Source of the DNA: a virus
Reading direction: 5' to 3' (one strand)
Virus record (IMG/VR): IMGVR_UViG_3300037483_000175
DNA length: 45,864 nucleotides
Both the position numbers and the translations under genes were made by a program. This document shows, piece by piece, positions 19,863 through 28,843 of the stretch (within the stretch, counting starts at the first letter, position 1; each line of letters opens with the position of its first letter). The notes under the pieces are model-generated. The model was not told the origin of the DNA. It saw nothing but the letters and a program-made list of their open reading frames with translations, and ran no database searches.

Positions 19863-20954
19863 TTAGCTCGTCTTATGCAGAACGAATCCGAGCTTCTGCA
19901 TATTACGGGGTAGAATGTTGTGGGCGCCGTCCACATACGTCGTGAACGTAGTGTGCTGCCCTCGATCCACCATCGGTTTCTTCCGCTCCATCCAGTACCC
20001 GTCGTGTACGAACGGCTGCAACTGGGCCAGGTCAAACGCATAGATCGGCGTATAGCTGGCATCATCCAGCGTATCCAGCGGAATAACCGGAACGCGGTTC
20101 ATGCGGACCAAGTCGCCGTCTACGACCAACATGCCGCCTAGTGACTCTTTGGCCGTAGAAACGTGGTTATCGTCGCGAGTATCCACGAGGTCCATCAGGT
20201 CAAGAACCGTATCGGTCCCGGCGATCATACGCATCTTCTTCGCCCGCTGCATCATAATCGGGGAGTCGAGAATGATCGGATACTTGAAGTGGGTCTTAAT
20301 GAAAGCCCGGCGGGCCACCTTCAGGAAGGCGTTGTTAATCGCCGTATACGGACCGGTGTAGTTGCGCCATTTATCCTCTACGTTGGAGTCAATACCGGCA
20401 CAAATCGTGCCAGTACTGGCGTCCCCGTAGGTAACGGTACACCCGTTGAACCCGGCTGTCGTATTGATCGTTCCGGCGCTGTTTAGCACGCGAAGGAAGT
20501 ACGGCAGCGTGAACGGATGCTTGCGGTCTGTGGCAGAATCCGGCACGGAAACCATCGTTTCCTCGATCAGATCGGCGAGGTCGATATAAGCGTCGTCCAG
20601 CCGCGAATGAACCAGGTCGATAATGCGCTTGACCGCGTTCTTCTGCTGAAGGATCTCGAACTCGTCCCAGGACGCATTCGTGCCGATCAGCGCCCAGTGT
20701 ACGTTAATCGTGTGGATGTGATCGGCGATCTTCGGCGAATCAAGATCGTACATCGACCGGTACTTCGCATTGCCGGTACGATCAAACGAAACCTTCCGTT
20801 CGATACTGGTGCCGCCATCGTACTTTACTGTGTCCTTCTGGAACATCGTGGTCCAAAAGTACTCGTTGTGTTCAAGGGCATAATCCATATCGCGTTCGTA
20901 ATGATTCTGAGTCGTTGCGACAAGATCAGCAATGTCTTCGGGTTGAAATCCCAT
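19863..20954 (-). CDS. Major capsid protein
   Basis: 363 aa, immediately downstream of the scaffold-like gene and the portal. Strong SD aaggagataacc. Confidence 0.7.
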   Translation of the reverse strand: MGFQPEDIADLVATTQNHYERDMDYALEHNEYFWTTMFQKDTVKYDGGTSIERKVSFDRTGNAKYRSMYDLDSPKIADHIHTINVHWALIGTNASWDEFEILQQKNAVKRIIDLVHSRLDDAYIDLADLIEETMVSVPDSATDRKHPFTLPYFLRVLNSAGTINTTAGFNGCTVTYGDASTGTICAGIDSNVEDKWRNYTGPYTAINNAFLKVARRAFIKTHFKYPIILDSPIMMQRAKKMRMIAGTDTVLDLMDLVDTRDDNHVSTAKESLGGMLVVDGDLVRMNRVPVIPLDTLDDASYTPIYAFDLAQLQPFVHDGYWMERKKPMVDRGQHTTFTTYVDGAHNILPRNMQKLGFVLHKTS

Positions 20955-20973
20955 AGGTTATCTCCTTGTAAGT

Positions 20974-22026
20974 TTAGCTAAAGACAGCGGCCATTTTATG
21001 TTTTATATCGGCCTCTATCTGGCTTTGTGTTGGTTTCCCGCCAACAGGCTTCGCGGCGTAGGACGGCTTTAACGTGAAGCCTTTAGCCCGCTTTGTAGCC
21101 GTACTGGCGATCTTGTTACGTATACGCTGCTCCTGTAGGGGAGCAACAGCTACCAGGTGCGCCCGCTCGAACGCCTCGGACAGGGGCATATCGATCCCCT
21201 GCTGCTTGGCCCCCTTAACAATTAGATTAGCGTCTTCGATCACGCGCATCCGCGCCCGCACCTGTGATTGCGTGAGCGTATCCCAGGATTCGTCTTTCGT
21301 CGCGTCCCCATAGGTATCCGCGTACGTTAGCACATCAGGACTATTGAAAAATCCTGTAATTTGCTGCTCAATAGCGTCCTGCTCCTGCTGCTCGGCGGCG
21401 CCAATAACATCCTCGTTATAGTTGGCGCCCGTCTGCGCTATCTGAGCCGCCAGGGCTGCGTTTTGCTCGGCCAACTGCTTCAACACCGGCAAAATCGGAT
21501 CATCGCCGTAATCAGCTTCCAAAGCGGACAGGTCTACGCCTTTACCAGGTGCGGAGGCCGACGGAGCAGCCGTCTCGTCGACGGGCTTATTACCGATTCG
21601 CGACAGCACTGTCGTAGCGGTATTCATGGCCTTTAGCGCGGCCTGCCCGGCCCGCTTGGCCATCCCTGGGTTTGCCTTGGCCAGACCGCCAAGATCCTCA
21701 TCGCTCCATCCGGCGTATTTCGCGGCGCGAATCTCTGCCGGGGTTAGAGCGTTTTCATCGTTCGGTTCATATCCTGCCGGTTCGCCCTCTGCCTCACCTG
21801 CCGGTTCGTCGCCCGCTTCACCTGCCGGTTCGCCGTCTTCGGCTTCCGGGGTAGGTTCGTCAGTTGCTTCCGGGGTAGGTTCGTCAGTTGCTTCCGGGGT
21901 AGGTTCTTCCCCAAACGCCTTATTCATCTTCTCAGCTATTTCTGCTTCCATAGCCGCGGTATCCTTAGCTTCTGAAGCCGCGTCCGTATCGGCTACTGCT
22001 TCTGCACTTACTGCTGGGTTTGGCAT
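20974..22026 (-). CDS. Scaffolding protein (acidic, with tandem peptide repeats)
   Basis: Lies between the portal and the capsid gene. N-terminal EPTPEATD and GEPAGEA repeats encoded by six 24-nt periods (21773-21916). Helical remainder. Confidence 0.65.
   Translation of the reverse strand: MPNPAVSAEAVADTDAASEAKDTAAMEAEIAEKMNKAFGEEPTPEATDEPTPEATDEPTPEAEDGEPAGEAGDEPAGEAEGEPAGYEPNDENALTPAEIRAAKYAGWSDEDLGGLAKANPGMAKRAGQAALKAMNTATTVLSRIGNKPVDETAAPSASAPGKGVDLSALEADYGDDPILPVLKQLAEQNAALAAQIAQTGANYNEDVIGAAEQQEQDAIEQQITGFFNSPDVLTYADTYGDATKDESWDTLTQSQVRARMRVIEDANLIVKGAKQQGIDMPLSEAFERAHLVAVAPLQEQRIRNKIASTATKRAKGFTLKPSYAAKPVGGKPTQSQIEADIKHKMAAVFS
21773..21916. repeat. Six degenerate 24-nt tandem periods inside the scaffold gene
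   Basis: cctgccggttcg starts at 21773, 21797 and 21821; cttccggggtaggttc starts at 21843, 21867 and 21891. Confidence 0.85.
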
Positions 22027-22044
22027 TCTGTGTCTCCTACTAGA

Positions 22045-22401
22045 TTAAATTCTTACGCCTTTACGTCGGTTACGCTGCGTTTTTTTATCGAACCCGCACG
22101 CATTCGCATATAACTCCTGCTGCCTCGGACTGGTAAACTTGGGCCTGCCGTCCGGTAATACTTCTATATGCGGGAACAGCTTGCGGTGCTCCGATATTTG
22201 GTCGGGGTGAATAGCAAGCGAATCAGAAATATGCTCGTAATCACCCGGTCGAGCCACGCTCTGTACCCTATTGGACATAATACGCCCGCATCGCGGGCAG
22301 TACGGGAACCGCAGTTCGCCGTCTACCATTCTGTAATCGGTGTATACGGGCGACTCTATGCCGAACCCGCACCCGCACGTCAAAGGAAAAACTTCCATCA
22401 A
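22045..22401 (-). CDS. Zinc-ribbon protein between the portal and scaffold genes
   Basis: CGCG ... CPRCG cysteine pairs. 118 aa. The start overlaps the portal stop. Confidence 0.55.
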   Translation of the reverse strand: MMEVFPLTCGCGFGIESPVYTDYRMVDGELRFPYCPRCGRIMSNRVQSVARPGDYEHISDSLAIHPDQISEHRKLFPHIEVLPDGRPKFTSPRQQELYANACGFDKKTQRNRRKGVRI

Positions 22402-24194
22402 ACGGCTCCTTGATTTACGCTCTGCGAGATCGCCGCAATTTGTTGCGGCATCGCGTTGGCCTCTTGCTGATTCGTCATCACTCCCTTAGCGGCAGGGTTG
22501 GCGCTGTTCGCCGCCTGCCCCTTGGCTGTTCCGGCTTGGCCGGTATCTTTCGCGCCCATCGCCATATAGGTCATCATTTTTTGCTGGTGATTGGGGTCTA
22601 TAAATAATTCGTCCACGTCATCTAGTATGTCCCATTCTGCGGCTATCTTCGTCAAATAGGCGGCCACATTAAACTGCTGCCCGATTTGCACGGCCCGTAC
22701 AGCCGTCTCAAACGCGCCGGGCATCACGTTCGTACAGAACGTCTCGATGCGCTTCGAGCGCGTCATCGGGTCGAGCCGCGACATGGATCGCTGCTTAATG
22801 CGGAAGGCGTAACTAAGAAAATCGCCCTGCCGTTGGTCAGGGGTCAGGTAAAGCTGGACGTACTCCCCGCCGGATACTCGCTTCGTTAGCGGTAAATTAA
22901 TAAGCGGGTCGGTCCAAAAATACCACGCCTTACGCCGCTGTATCTCGGCAGTCTGATCGTACAGAATATCCCGCATATCCTCAATCTGAATACTGGCGTT
23001 GCTCTGGGCCACCTGTGTAGCGGTAGCCGTAGTTCCGCCGCCTTGTCCGCCGGGGGCCACTTTACCGGAAATCTGATCCGGGTTGCCGGACAGATAGTTG
23101 TACCAGGTCTGAAGCTGCATTACGGCGGCTTCGTTACGCTGGTTCTGCCCGCCGAGCGAGACGATATTAACACCCTTGGGGTCCATCGTTGGAACCCAGT
23201 CGCCCGTACGGGCCTCTTCTATCTGATCTACTGTATCTGCCATAGCGGGGTTATATAGTCCCACATCCTTTTGCTGGCGTACCTGCTCCAATATTTTACA
23301 GAATACAGCGTTCGTTTCTTTAGCCAAGTCGTACCATACGCTAACCGGGGCTACCGGGAACGGGTTACCCTCTACTGGCGGCGTAAACGATAGCGGAACG
23401 TACGGGCCTTCCTTCGGACCGTTAAACTCACCTAATTTCAAGTATCCCGGCTGCGAACCATGCACCGGATCGCACATGGTTACCAGCGATTCGATCTCTG
23501 GGATATACGCCTCGACAATATCGACCTCGTCCTGCATGTGCGATACGGCGTCCTTCGCCTCATTCGAGATCGTCATACTGGTTATATCATTCTGAATATC
23601 CGACCGGGTACGCGGAAGCTTACGAACCAGATCGTGATCGTAACCATCGGTATCGAGCAACCACTGACGGGGGAGGGTTGTACGGTGGAATAGAATCTTC
23701 GCCTTGTTTATATCGGTACAAGCGGGATCAAAGCCCCAATCCCACAGCGGAACGTTCGTCGCATACACCTGGCCGGGATCGATAAGCATATTATCTATTT
23801 GCACAAGATCGCCTTTGGCCGCTATGCCAACCTTCATCATACCCCAGCCGAACATCGCGTTCGTCACCCAGGCTCGTAGCTCCTGCTTCATGCCGGTTAC
23901 TTTGGCGTCCTCGTCTAAAGCCAAGCCGAGCAATTCCGCCGACTGGCGCTGCTGCACAAAGCGAGTAGATACTTGCGTTACCGGGTGCTGCATCACAAGA
24001 TTTGGCACAAAAGCGCGAATCGTATTAAACACCAGATTAATCGGCTCGGACCCCTCAATGCCATAGTTCTCGTAGTAATAATGCGATACATAAGACTTAA
24101 ACAGCATGGCGCGCACTTTGCAAAACCGTTCCATCCTGGAAAATCCCAAGCGTACTATATTCTGAACTTTTCCTGGATCTACATACTCAGCCAT
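22398..24194 (-). CDS. Portal protein
   Basis: 598 aa, immediately downstream of and overlapping the large terminase. Size and position are typical of a portal. Confidence 0.7.
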   Translation of the reverse strand: MAEYVDPGKVQNIVRLGFSRMERFCKVRAMLFKSYVSHYYYENYGIEGSEPINLVFNTIRAFVPNLVMQHPVTQVSTRFVQQRQSAELLGLALDEDAKVTGMKQELRAWVTNAMFGWGMMKVGIAAKGDLVQIDNMLIDPGQVYATNVPLWDWGFDPACTDINKAKILFHRTTLPRQWLLDTDGYDHDLVRKLPRTRSDIQNDITSMTISNEAKDAVSHMQDEVDIVEAYIPEIESLVTMCDPVHGSQPGYLKLGEFNGPKEGPYVPLSFTPPVEGNPFPVAPVSVWYDLAKETNAVFCKILEQVRQQKDVGLYNPAMADTVDQIEEARTGDWVPTMDPKGVNIVSLGGQNQRNEAAVMQLQTWYNYLSGNPDQISGKVAPGGQGGGTTATATQVAQSNASIQIEDMRDILYDQTAEIQRRKAWYFWTDPLINLPLTKRVSGGEYVQLYLTPDQRQGDFLSYAFRIKQRSMSRLDPMTRSKRIETFCTNVMPGAFETAVRAVQIGQQFNVAAYLTKIAAEWDILDDVDELFIDPNHQQKMMTYMAMGAKDTGQAGTAKGQAANSANPAAKGVMTNQQEANAMPQQIAAISQSVNQGAV

Positions 24195-26122
24195 TAGTGC
24201 CCCGCAAAATTAAATTCCCTGCGCCCACGGGCCGCTTCCGCCCGTTTACGCATCGCTTTAATCGCCTGCGTAAAGCGGTATCCGGCGCTGTTTGCCGGAA
24301 TCTGCGGCTTCTGCTTCTCTACCGTATGCGGCAGACAACAATCGTCTACCGCGAGCGCATCGGCAATAACTCTGTCGCCATGCGTAGCCCGCGCAGTCGA
24401 GCTTTCTTGAATAAAGCCCGATGGGCCTACCCCGCCGTTCGGCAGATTAACGTAATCCAGTGCCTCGTCCAGCGCTTCGACTGACCGGTTAACAAATTCT
24501 CCCCGATCAAGGGCCGAAGCGTAGGCCGACATTAGCTCGAACTTGGCCCGCGTGCTTGCGTGATAGCCGTACCCGCTTTGCTTGCGGGTTACGACCTTTC
24601 CTGTCGTCTCGTGGGTCGCGTAATTCGGGTAGAAGTACTTCTTAACCAGTATCCGCCCGAGATCCCAACCGGGACCGTTATCTTCCCACCGCAGGTACGG
24701 CAGCCCGCCGATAGCCTTCTTTCCAGCCACCGCGCCGCCGACCCAAAGGGCCAGGGCTACGATAATCGGGGCGAACTCGTACGACGGATACAGAGCGCTG
24801 GCCCACTCACCTATTTTCTCCCCGGTCTCTATACACTTAATAGCCACGACCGAGTTAGAGGCCCCCATCCCTTTCGATACGTCGATGCCGAAAAGGTAGT
24901 GCTTCGTCTGGTCCGGCCTACCGTCGATCAGCGGGCACCACAAACGAAGCGGCCCCCGCGTGTTGGGCACGGCGCGTACTGCGCCGAGGTCCTTCTCTTT
25001 TATTGCCTGACGTACTTCGTCATAGCCAAGGTCGTTCCTAAACTGAACATCGTACACAAACGACGGCTTCCGGCCAAACATCGCCTTGTGCAATTCGATA
25101 CTCTCGGGTTTGAAGAACGAGATGCCAGGCTCCAGGTCTTCGCGGTCTACTTCCGTAGCCATATATGCGGCGCCGCGGACCGCCTCTTCCTTATCGTACC
25201 ATGGAGAGCGTACCTTGTACCGCTCGTCCTTCTCCTGCTTTACATACCGTCCGCGCCCCTTATCGGGGTGCTCCCAGTACGGCATCACAAATACCTTGAT
25301 CGTCTTATCTCGCCGCCATTTGTTGTACTCGCTTCCCGGTTGCGAGGTCGAATTAATAATACGAACCAACGCCGCATCACGAGACTTTGTTCGGACCGAT
25401 TTACCGTGCTGGTGTAGCCCGAACTCGTCGATAAGCATCAGCTTACGCCGGTCGCCTACAGCTACCACCTTCGTCGTGGATTCGCCGTCCAGCGTCGTAT
25501 TCATCAGCGGGTTATACCAGTGCATGTGCTGGCGGTTCTTTTGCCCCACAAAACAATCCGGCGGGCGCATCCACTCAGGCAGATTTGTATTTATAAAATC
25601 ATGGCGCTGAAACAGGGCTTTCATGTTGCCCGTTTTATCGACGTATTCTTCGTTACGGCTTACCTCAAGCGCGTCTACATCCGCGTTGAACAATAGGTTC
25701 CAGTGAATAAACCCAAGGCAGCACCAAGACGCGCCCATATCGCGTGCCTTATCAATCAGGACATCCTCACCGAGTTCTACGCACTCCTCGAAAGTACGCA
25801 GCAGCCTGTCCTGAATCTCCCACGTTATCATCGGCTGATTCGGATATTTCGACTCTATACGGCTGCCGTCCGGCCCCACATCAAACTGGTGCCACGTGGA
25901 CATGAAAGCGTTGAACCAAAACAACTGAGACACCGCGCACGCCGCAAGAAGATCCTTCTGCAAACCGGTGTCGCCCTCGGCCCGCTTCTGCATGGCGATG
26001 CGCCATTCGATATTGGGGCGCAATCGCTTCGGCACGGATAGCCCGGTAATAGGGTCTTTCCACACTTCCGGCGTATTGGGAAAAGGACTGGCCAGTTCGG
26101 GTTTTATATGCACCGTCTTCAT
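24194..26122 (-). CDS. terL: Terminase large subunit
   Basis: Terminase-type Walker A variant LIDKARDMGASW; Walker B KLMLIDEFG; 642 aa; followed by the portal gene. Confidence 0.8.
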   Translation of the reverse strand: MKTVHIKPELASPFPNTPEVWKDPITGLSVPKRLRPNIEWRIAMQKRAEGDTGLQKDLLAACAVSQLFWFNAFMSTWHQFDVGPDGSRIESKYPNQPMITWEIQDRLLRTFEECVELGEDVLIDKARDMGASWCCLGFIHWNLLFNADVDALEVSRNEEYVDKTGNMKALFQRHDFINTNLPEWMRPPDCFVGQKNRQHMHWYNPLMNTTLDGESTTKVVAVGDRRKLMLIDEFGLHQHGKSVRTKSRDAALVRIINSTSQPGSEYNKWRRDKTIKVFVMPYWEHPDKGRGRYVKQEKDERYKVRSPWYDKEEAVRGAAYMATEVDREDLEPGISFFKPESIELHKAMFGRKPSFVYDVQFRNDLGYDEVRQAIKEKDLGAVRAVPNTRGPLRLWCPLIDGRPDQTKHYLFGIDVSKGMGASNSVVAIKCIETGEKIGEWASALYPSYEFAPIIVALALWVGGAVAGKKAIGGLPYLRWEDNGPGWDLGRILVKKYFYPNYATHETTGKVVTRKQSGYGYHASTRAKFELMSAYASALDRGEFVNRSVEALDEALDYVNLPNGGVGPSGFIQESSTARATHGDRVIADALAVDDCCLPHTVEKQKPQIPANSAGYRFTQAIKAMRKRAEAARGRREFNFAGH

Positions 26123-26523
26123 TACGAGAGCGTCGGCCTCGGCGGTCGTTTTTTCGCTTCTTTTTCGTCGGCCTGTTGTAGCACTTCCTCAAGCCGCTTG
26201 CGGGTATCAGCGCTGTATCGCCCGGCCTTCTGCTTCGGGTTCGGGTCCTCGGTTACGCTCGTACCGGCCTTCCCTTCGGTAAATTCGCGCAGGATCTTCG
26301 CCGCGGCTACTACCGGCTTTATGTACACCTGAATCAGTTCGCCGGTCTTCGGGTCTACCACGTCAAACAGCCCGCCGGTCGCCTGCTGGTACAGCGTTCG
26401 GGCAACAGCTTCGGCCTTACTAACGATGCGCTTCTCTCCGTTTATCGCAACGGTTTCGGTTTTTTCTTCGCCTACGGATTTAAGGTAATCCGATAGCAGC
26501 TTATTCGGAGCGGGTTTCGGCAT
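26122..26523 (-). CDS. Putative terminase small subunit
   Basis: 133 aa, overlaps the terL start. Charged N- and C-termini. Called from position only. Confidence 0.4.
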   Translation of the reverse strand: MPKPAPNKLLSDYLKSVGEEKTETVAINGEKRIVSKAEAVARTLYQQATGGLFDVVDPKTGELIQVYIKPVVAAAKILREFTEGKAGTSVTEDPNPKQKAGRYSADTRKRLEEVLQQADEKEAKKRPPRPTLS

Positions 26524-26526
26524 AAA

Positions 26527-27051
26527 TTAGCTCTTCAGAGGTTCGCAGCGGTTCGTCAAACGGGCCAGGTCTACATCTACCGTTTTATCCTCCGTGAGCG
26601 TGGTTGCCAGGAACACGTACCGCCCGTAGCCGTTCGTGTTAAACCGAACCGACGCTATATAGTCGTTCGCCGGAGATACGGCGACTATCTCCTGATCGGA
26701 GGCATCGTTACTTACCACAGCGGTATCTATGAACGTGTACCCGGTATCGGCGGTCTGCTGGCCAACAGTAAGCGTAATCGTACACGCCCGCGTGTAATGA
26801 TCCTGGCCTAACCGGTGGTCCCTGGCGTGCAACGCGTCGATCACAATCGAGCCATTATTCGCGTCATTCGCACGAAACCTCAACTCGAACCCTGGCAAAC
26901 CTACCTCAACCTGGTGAACAATCACGTTAGACAAGGCTTCGACAGTTGCCGCATCGCGGGCCCCGACGGCTGGGGTAGTAATAGCAGCGGCGATAGAACC
27001 TATCTCCTGAAACGGTTCGGGGGCCTCAAAAGGTGTTCCGTAAATAGCCAC
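26527..27051 (-). CDS. Hypothetical beta-rich protein
   Basis: 174-aa ORF tightly packed in the minus-strand operon. Confidence 0.55.
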   Translation of the reverse strand: MAIYGTPFEAPEPFQEIGSIAAAITTPAVGARDAATVEALSNVIVHQVEVGLPGFELRFRANDANNGSIVIDALHARDHRLGQDHYTRACTITLTVGQQTADTGYTFIDTAVVSNDASDQEIVAVSPANDYIASVRFNTNGYGRYVFLATTLTEDKTVDVDLARLTNRCEPLKS

Positions 27052-27055
27052 GATA

Positions 27056-27346
27056 TTACCCTTTCTTTTTATTATTTTTCGTCGTTTCGGCCTTAACAGG
27101 CGGTATAAGCTCGTCTTCGCGGGGCACAGGTCGCGGGGGAGTGGGCGGGTTATGCGTGCGGCCCTCTATCTCCGTCTCGGCAGTAGCAGCTACGCCGTAA
27201 ATCGCGGTAGTCGTGGCCGGATCGAACCCAAAAACACGGCATATCATACACCAATTTGTCTTAAACCCTGCCCCGTACCGGGCTTTTAGGTCCGCGAATA
27301 CCGCCGTTCCGTCTGTTTTACCGGCCAACTCTTGTTCATCGTCCAT
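27056..27346 (-). CDS. Hypothetical protein
   Basis: 96-aa ORF. Its start abuts the stop of the upstream mini-ORF (TAAATG). Confidence 0.55.
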   Translation of the reverse strand: MDDEQELAGKTDGTAVFADLKARYGAGFKTNWCMICRVFGFDPATTTAIYGVAATAETEIEGRTHNPPTPPRPVPREDELIPPVKAETTKNNKKKG

Positions 27347-27496
27347 TTATTTACCTTTCGTGTAGCGTTTCCAGTGAGAATACGCCACTGCGACTCTCTG
27401 CGCGGCCCTCGGATAGCGGGCTCTCATGGCGGCGTCGCCCATAAACCGGCTAACGTACTGACTTCTGGTCTTGTCTCGCGCGGTAGGCTTAGGCAT
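27347..27496 (-). CDS. 49-aa basic mini-protein (not in the ORF track)
   Basis: Read by hand: MPKPTARDKTRSQYVSRFMGDAAMRARYPRAAQRVAVAYSHWKRYTKGK. AGGA lies upstream, and it sits about 35 nt downstream of a near-consensus promoter. Confidence 0.45.
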   Translation of the reverse strand: MPKPTARDKTRSQYVSRFMGDAAMRARYPRAAQRVAVAYSHWKRYTKGK

Positions 27497-27531
27497 TATC
27501 GGTGTCCTGTGTCATGTATCTTCACTTGCAT

Positions 27532-27560
27532 ATTATACTAAATCCGGCTGGGTAGGTCAA
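27532..27560 (-). promoter_or_regulatory. Near-consensus sigma70 promoter facing the terminase/structural operon
   Basis: The minus strand reads TTGACC (27560-27555), 17 nt, TATAAT (27537-27532). Confidence 0.7.
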
Positions 27561-27579
27561 CATTATTTTATACATTTTT

Positions 27580-27927
27580 TCAGAAATCCCAAATCAGATC
27601 GCATATCATCTGTGTCAGCCACCCCAACAGATACGCATGGGCTTCCTCGTCTTTAACTCCAGTATACGCGAGCACGTCGGTCGCGGTATGAAAACACTCG
27701 TGGGCTACGACACCCACATCCACCGTGGCTTCGTCCAGCCATATCACAAACCGGCGGAACACCATATCGCCGTCTTCTACGTCGGCCCAGCCGGAAAACC
27801 CGGACGCGGGCGTGTCCCCGAAATCAGAAAACTGCCTACCTATTTCTGACCGCTGAAACGCCGTACCGTCGTCTACGAACACCTCTAACCGGAGACTGTA
27901 CGGCTGTATGAGCAATCGCTTACGCAT
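27580..27927 (-). CDS. Small HExxH zinc-metallopeptidase-like protein (115 aa)
   Basis: VVAHECFHTATD motif plus a downstream EEAH. ATG at 27927 behind gggaggg. The 5' extension in the track overlaps the upstream gene out of frame. Confidence 0.5.
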   Translation of the reverse strand: MRKRLLIQPYSLRLEVFVDDGTAFQRSEIGRQFSDFGDTPASGFSGWADVEDGDMVFRRFVIWLDEATVDVGVVAHECFHTATDVLAYTGVKDEEAHAYLLGWLTQMICDLIWDF

Positions 27928-28123
27928 CGCAGTCCCTCCCAAACTCAACCGGTACGGCAGCCCAAATACCCAGGTTAAACAGGTGTACGACCGCCTCGTC
28001 GTCGCTTCCGGGCTCGAAGGCGGCTGTCCTCCACTCAAGAACGTCTGAATCTTCGAGATCATCGCGACCCAGAATTTCACGAAGGGCCAGTAGGACTTCT
28101 TTATCAAGTTCGGCAAAGTTCAT
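27920..28123 (-). CDS. Acidic 67-aa protein
   Basis: Its stop overlaps the next start by 8 nt. Contains DDLEDSDVLEW and EPGSDDEA. Confidence 0.5.
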   Translation of the reverse strand: MNFAELDKEVLLALREILGRDDLEDSDVLEWRTAAFEPGSDDEAVVHLFNLGIWAAVPVEFGRDCDA

Positions 28124-28125
28124 AG

Positions 28126-28287
28126 CTATTTGTTCCTCCGACCCGCTTCGGTACTCTTCTCCGCGTAGAGTCTGAGGCTATTAGCTACGTGATATGCGAT
28201 ACCGAGGATCACTACGGTTACGCTCGCATGCCACAACACCGCTATTACCTGAACGAGAATAAAAATTGCTAATTGTCCTGGGCTCAT
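28126..28287 (-). CDS. 53-aa single-pass membrane protein (not in the ORF track)
   Basis: Read by hand: MSPGQLAIFILVQVIAVLWHASVTVVILGIAYHVANSLRLYAEKSTEAGRRNK. SD aaaggaacaaac upstream. Confidence 0.5.
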   Translation of the reverse strand: MSPGQLAIFILVQVIAVLWHASVTVVILGIAYHVANSLRLYAEKSTEAGRRNK

Positions 28288-28295
28288 GTTTGTTC

Positions 28296-28325
28296 CTTTC
28301 GATTACATACCTTTCGATTACATAC
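28296..28325. repeat. Perfect 15-bp tandem duplication
   Basis: ctttcgattacatac occurs at 28296-28310 and again at 28311-28325. Confidence 0.9.
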
Positions 28326-28437
28326 CATCCAGATTCGGCAGCCAGCCCCATGTGCCGCCGTGTATAATACTACTGACGCGCGATTCGCTTACGCTGTATC
28401 GCGGAAAACCCGGTATTGCTCGTAGTTCGTAGTTCAT
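28318..28437 (-). pseudogene. 39-codon ORF resembling the NUMOD4 N-terminus of HNH homing endonucleases (likely remnant; apparently leaderless)
   Basis: MNYELRAIPGFPRYSVSESRVSSIIHGG... matches the NUMOD4-type I.GF..Y.VS..G.V.S pattern. Its ATG sits exactly 7 nt downstream of the -10 hexamer of the promoter at 28444-28472. Confidence 0.3.
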
Positions 28438-28443
28438 CCCGTT

Positions 28444-28472
28444 ATTTTACAGACCTGTAGCCATTATGTCAA
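28444..28472 (-). promoter_or_regulatory. Sigma70 promoter for the leftward arm
   Basis: The minus strand reads TTGACA (28472-28467), 17 nt, TAAAAT (28449-28444). Confidence 0.65.
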
Positions 28473-28740
28473 CCCCCTGTATCGAAAAATTTTTTCCGCG
28501 CATATTTTTCGGATCGGCTGTCCGGTACCTTCGCTCGCCACGTGTGGGTAAAAGATTTTCATGCGCAAACCTCGCCACTTATATACAACTGAGGGCGCTT
28601 TGTACGCCGCACACGACCCAGTTGAATTCACGGGGGCTAGTCGACGCTGCCCTTGGCTAATCTGGCTTATCGTCTCGCGGCCCCGTCAAGAAAAAATTCA
28701 ATAGTATTGGCGGTCCAGGTAGGGGGCGGGGGGACCCGTA

Positions 28741-28843
28741 GTCCGATAACCGAGGGTGGGTACGGGGGGGGGGGGGGGGTCCGATAACCCACCCGGCCCC
28801 CAGGTTATCGGACGCGGGATTATAGGACATATAACTATCGGAC
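28741..28843. promoter_or_regulatory. Array of four GTCCGATAAC boxes (two direct, two inverted): candidate operator cluster
   Basis: gtccgataacc at 28741-51 and 28779-89; reverse complement ggttatcggac at 28803-13; aactatcggac at 28833-43. Lies between the divergent promoters. Confidence 0.5.
28764..28779 (+). repeat. G16 homopolymer in a G-run-rich stretch
   Basis: Sixteen consecutive G, preceded by G5, G6, G3 and G3 runs between 28722 and 28760. Confidence 0.9.

Noticed and set aside
28466-28660. 64-aa plus-strand ORF in the divergent control region
   Set aside because: It has no SD and starts inside the -35 element of the leftward promoter. No promoter faces it.
28764-28779. G16 read as a phase-variation switch acting on a promoter spacer
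   Set aside because: The tract lies about 125 nt from the nearest -35 element, not between -35 and -10. A two-colour sequencing poly-G artefact cannot be excluded from the sequence alone. It is reported as a structural oddity, not as a proven switch.
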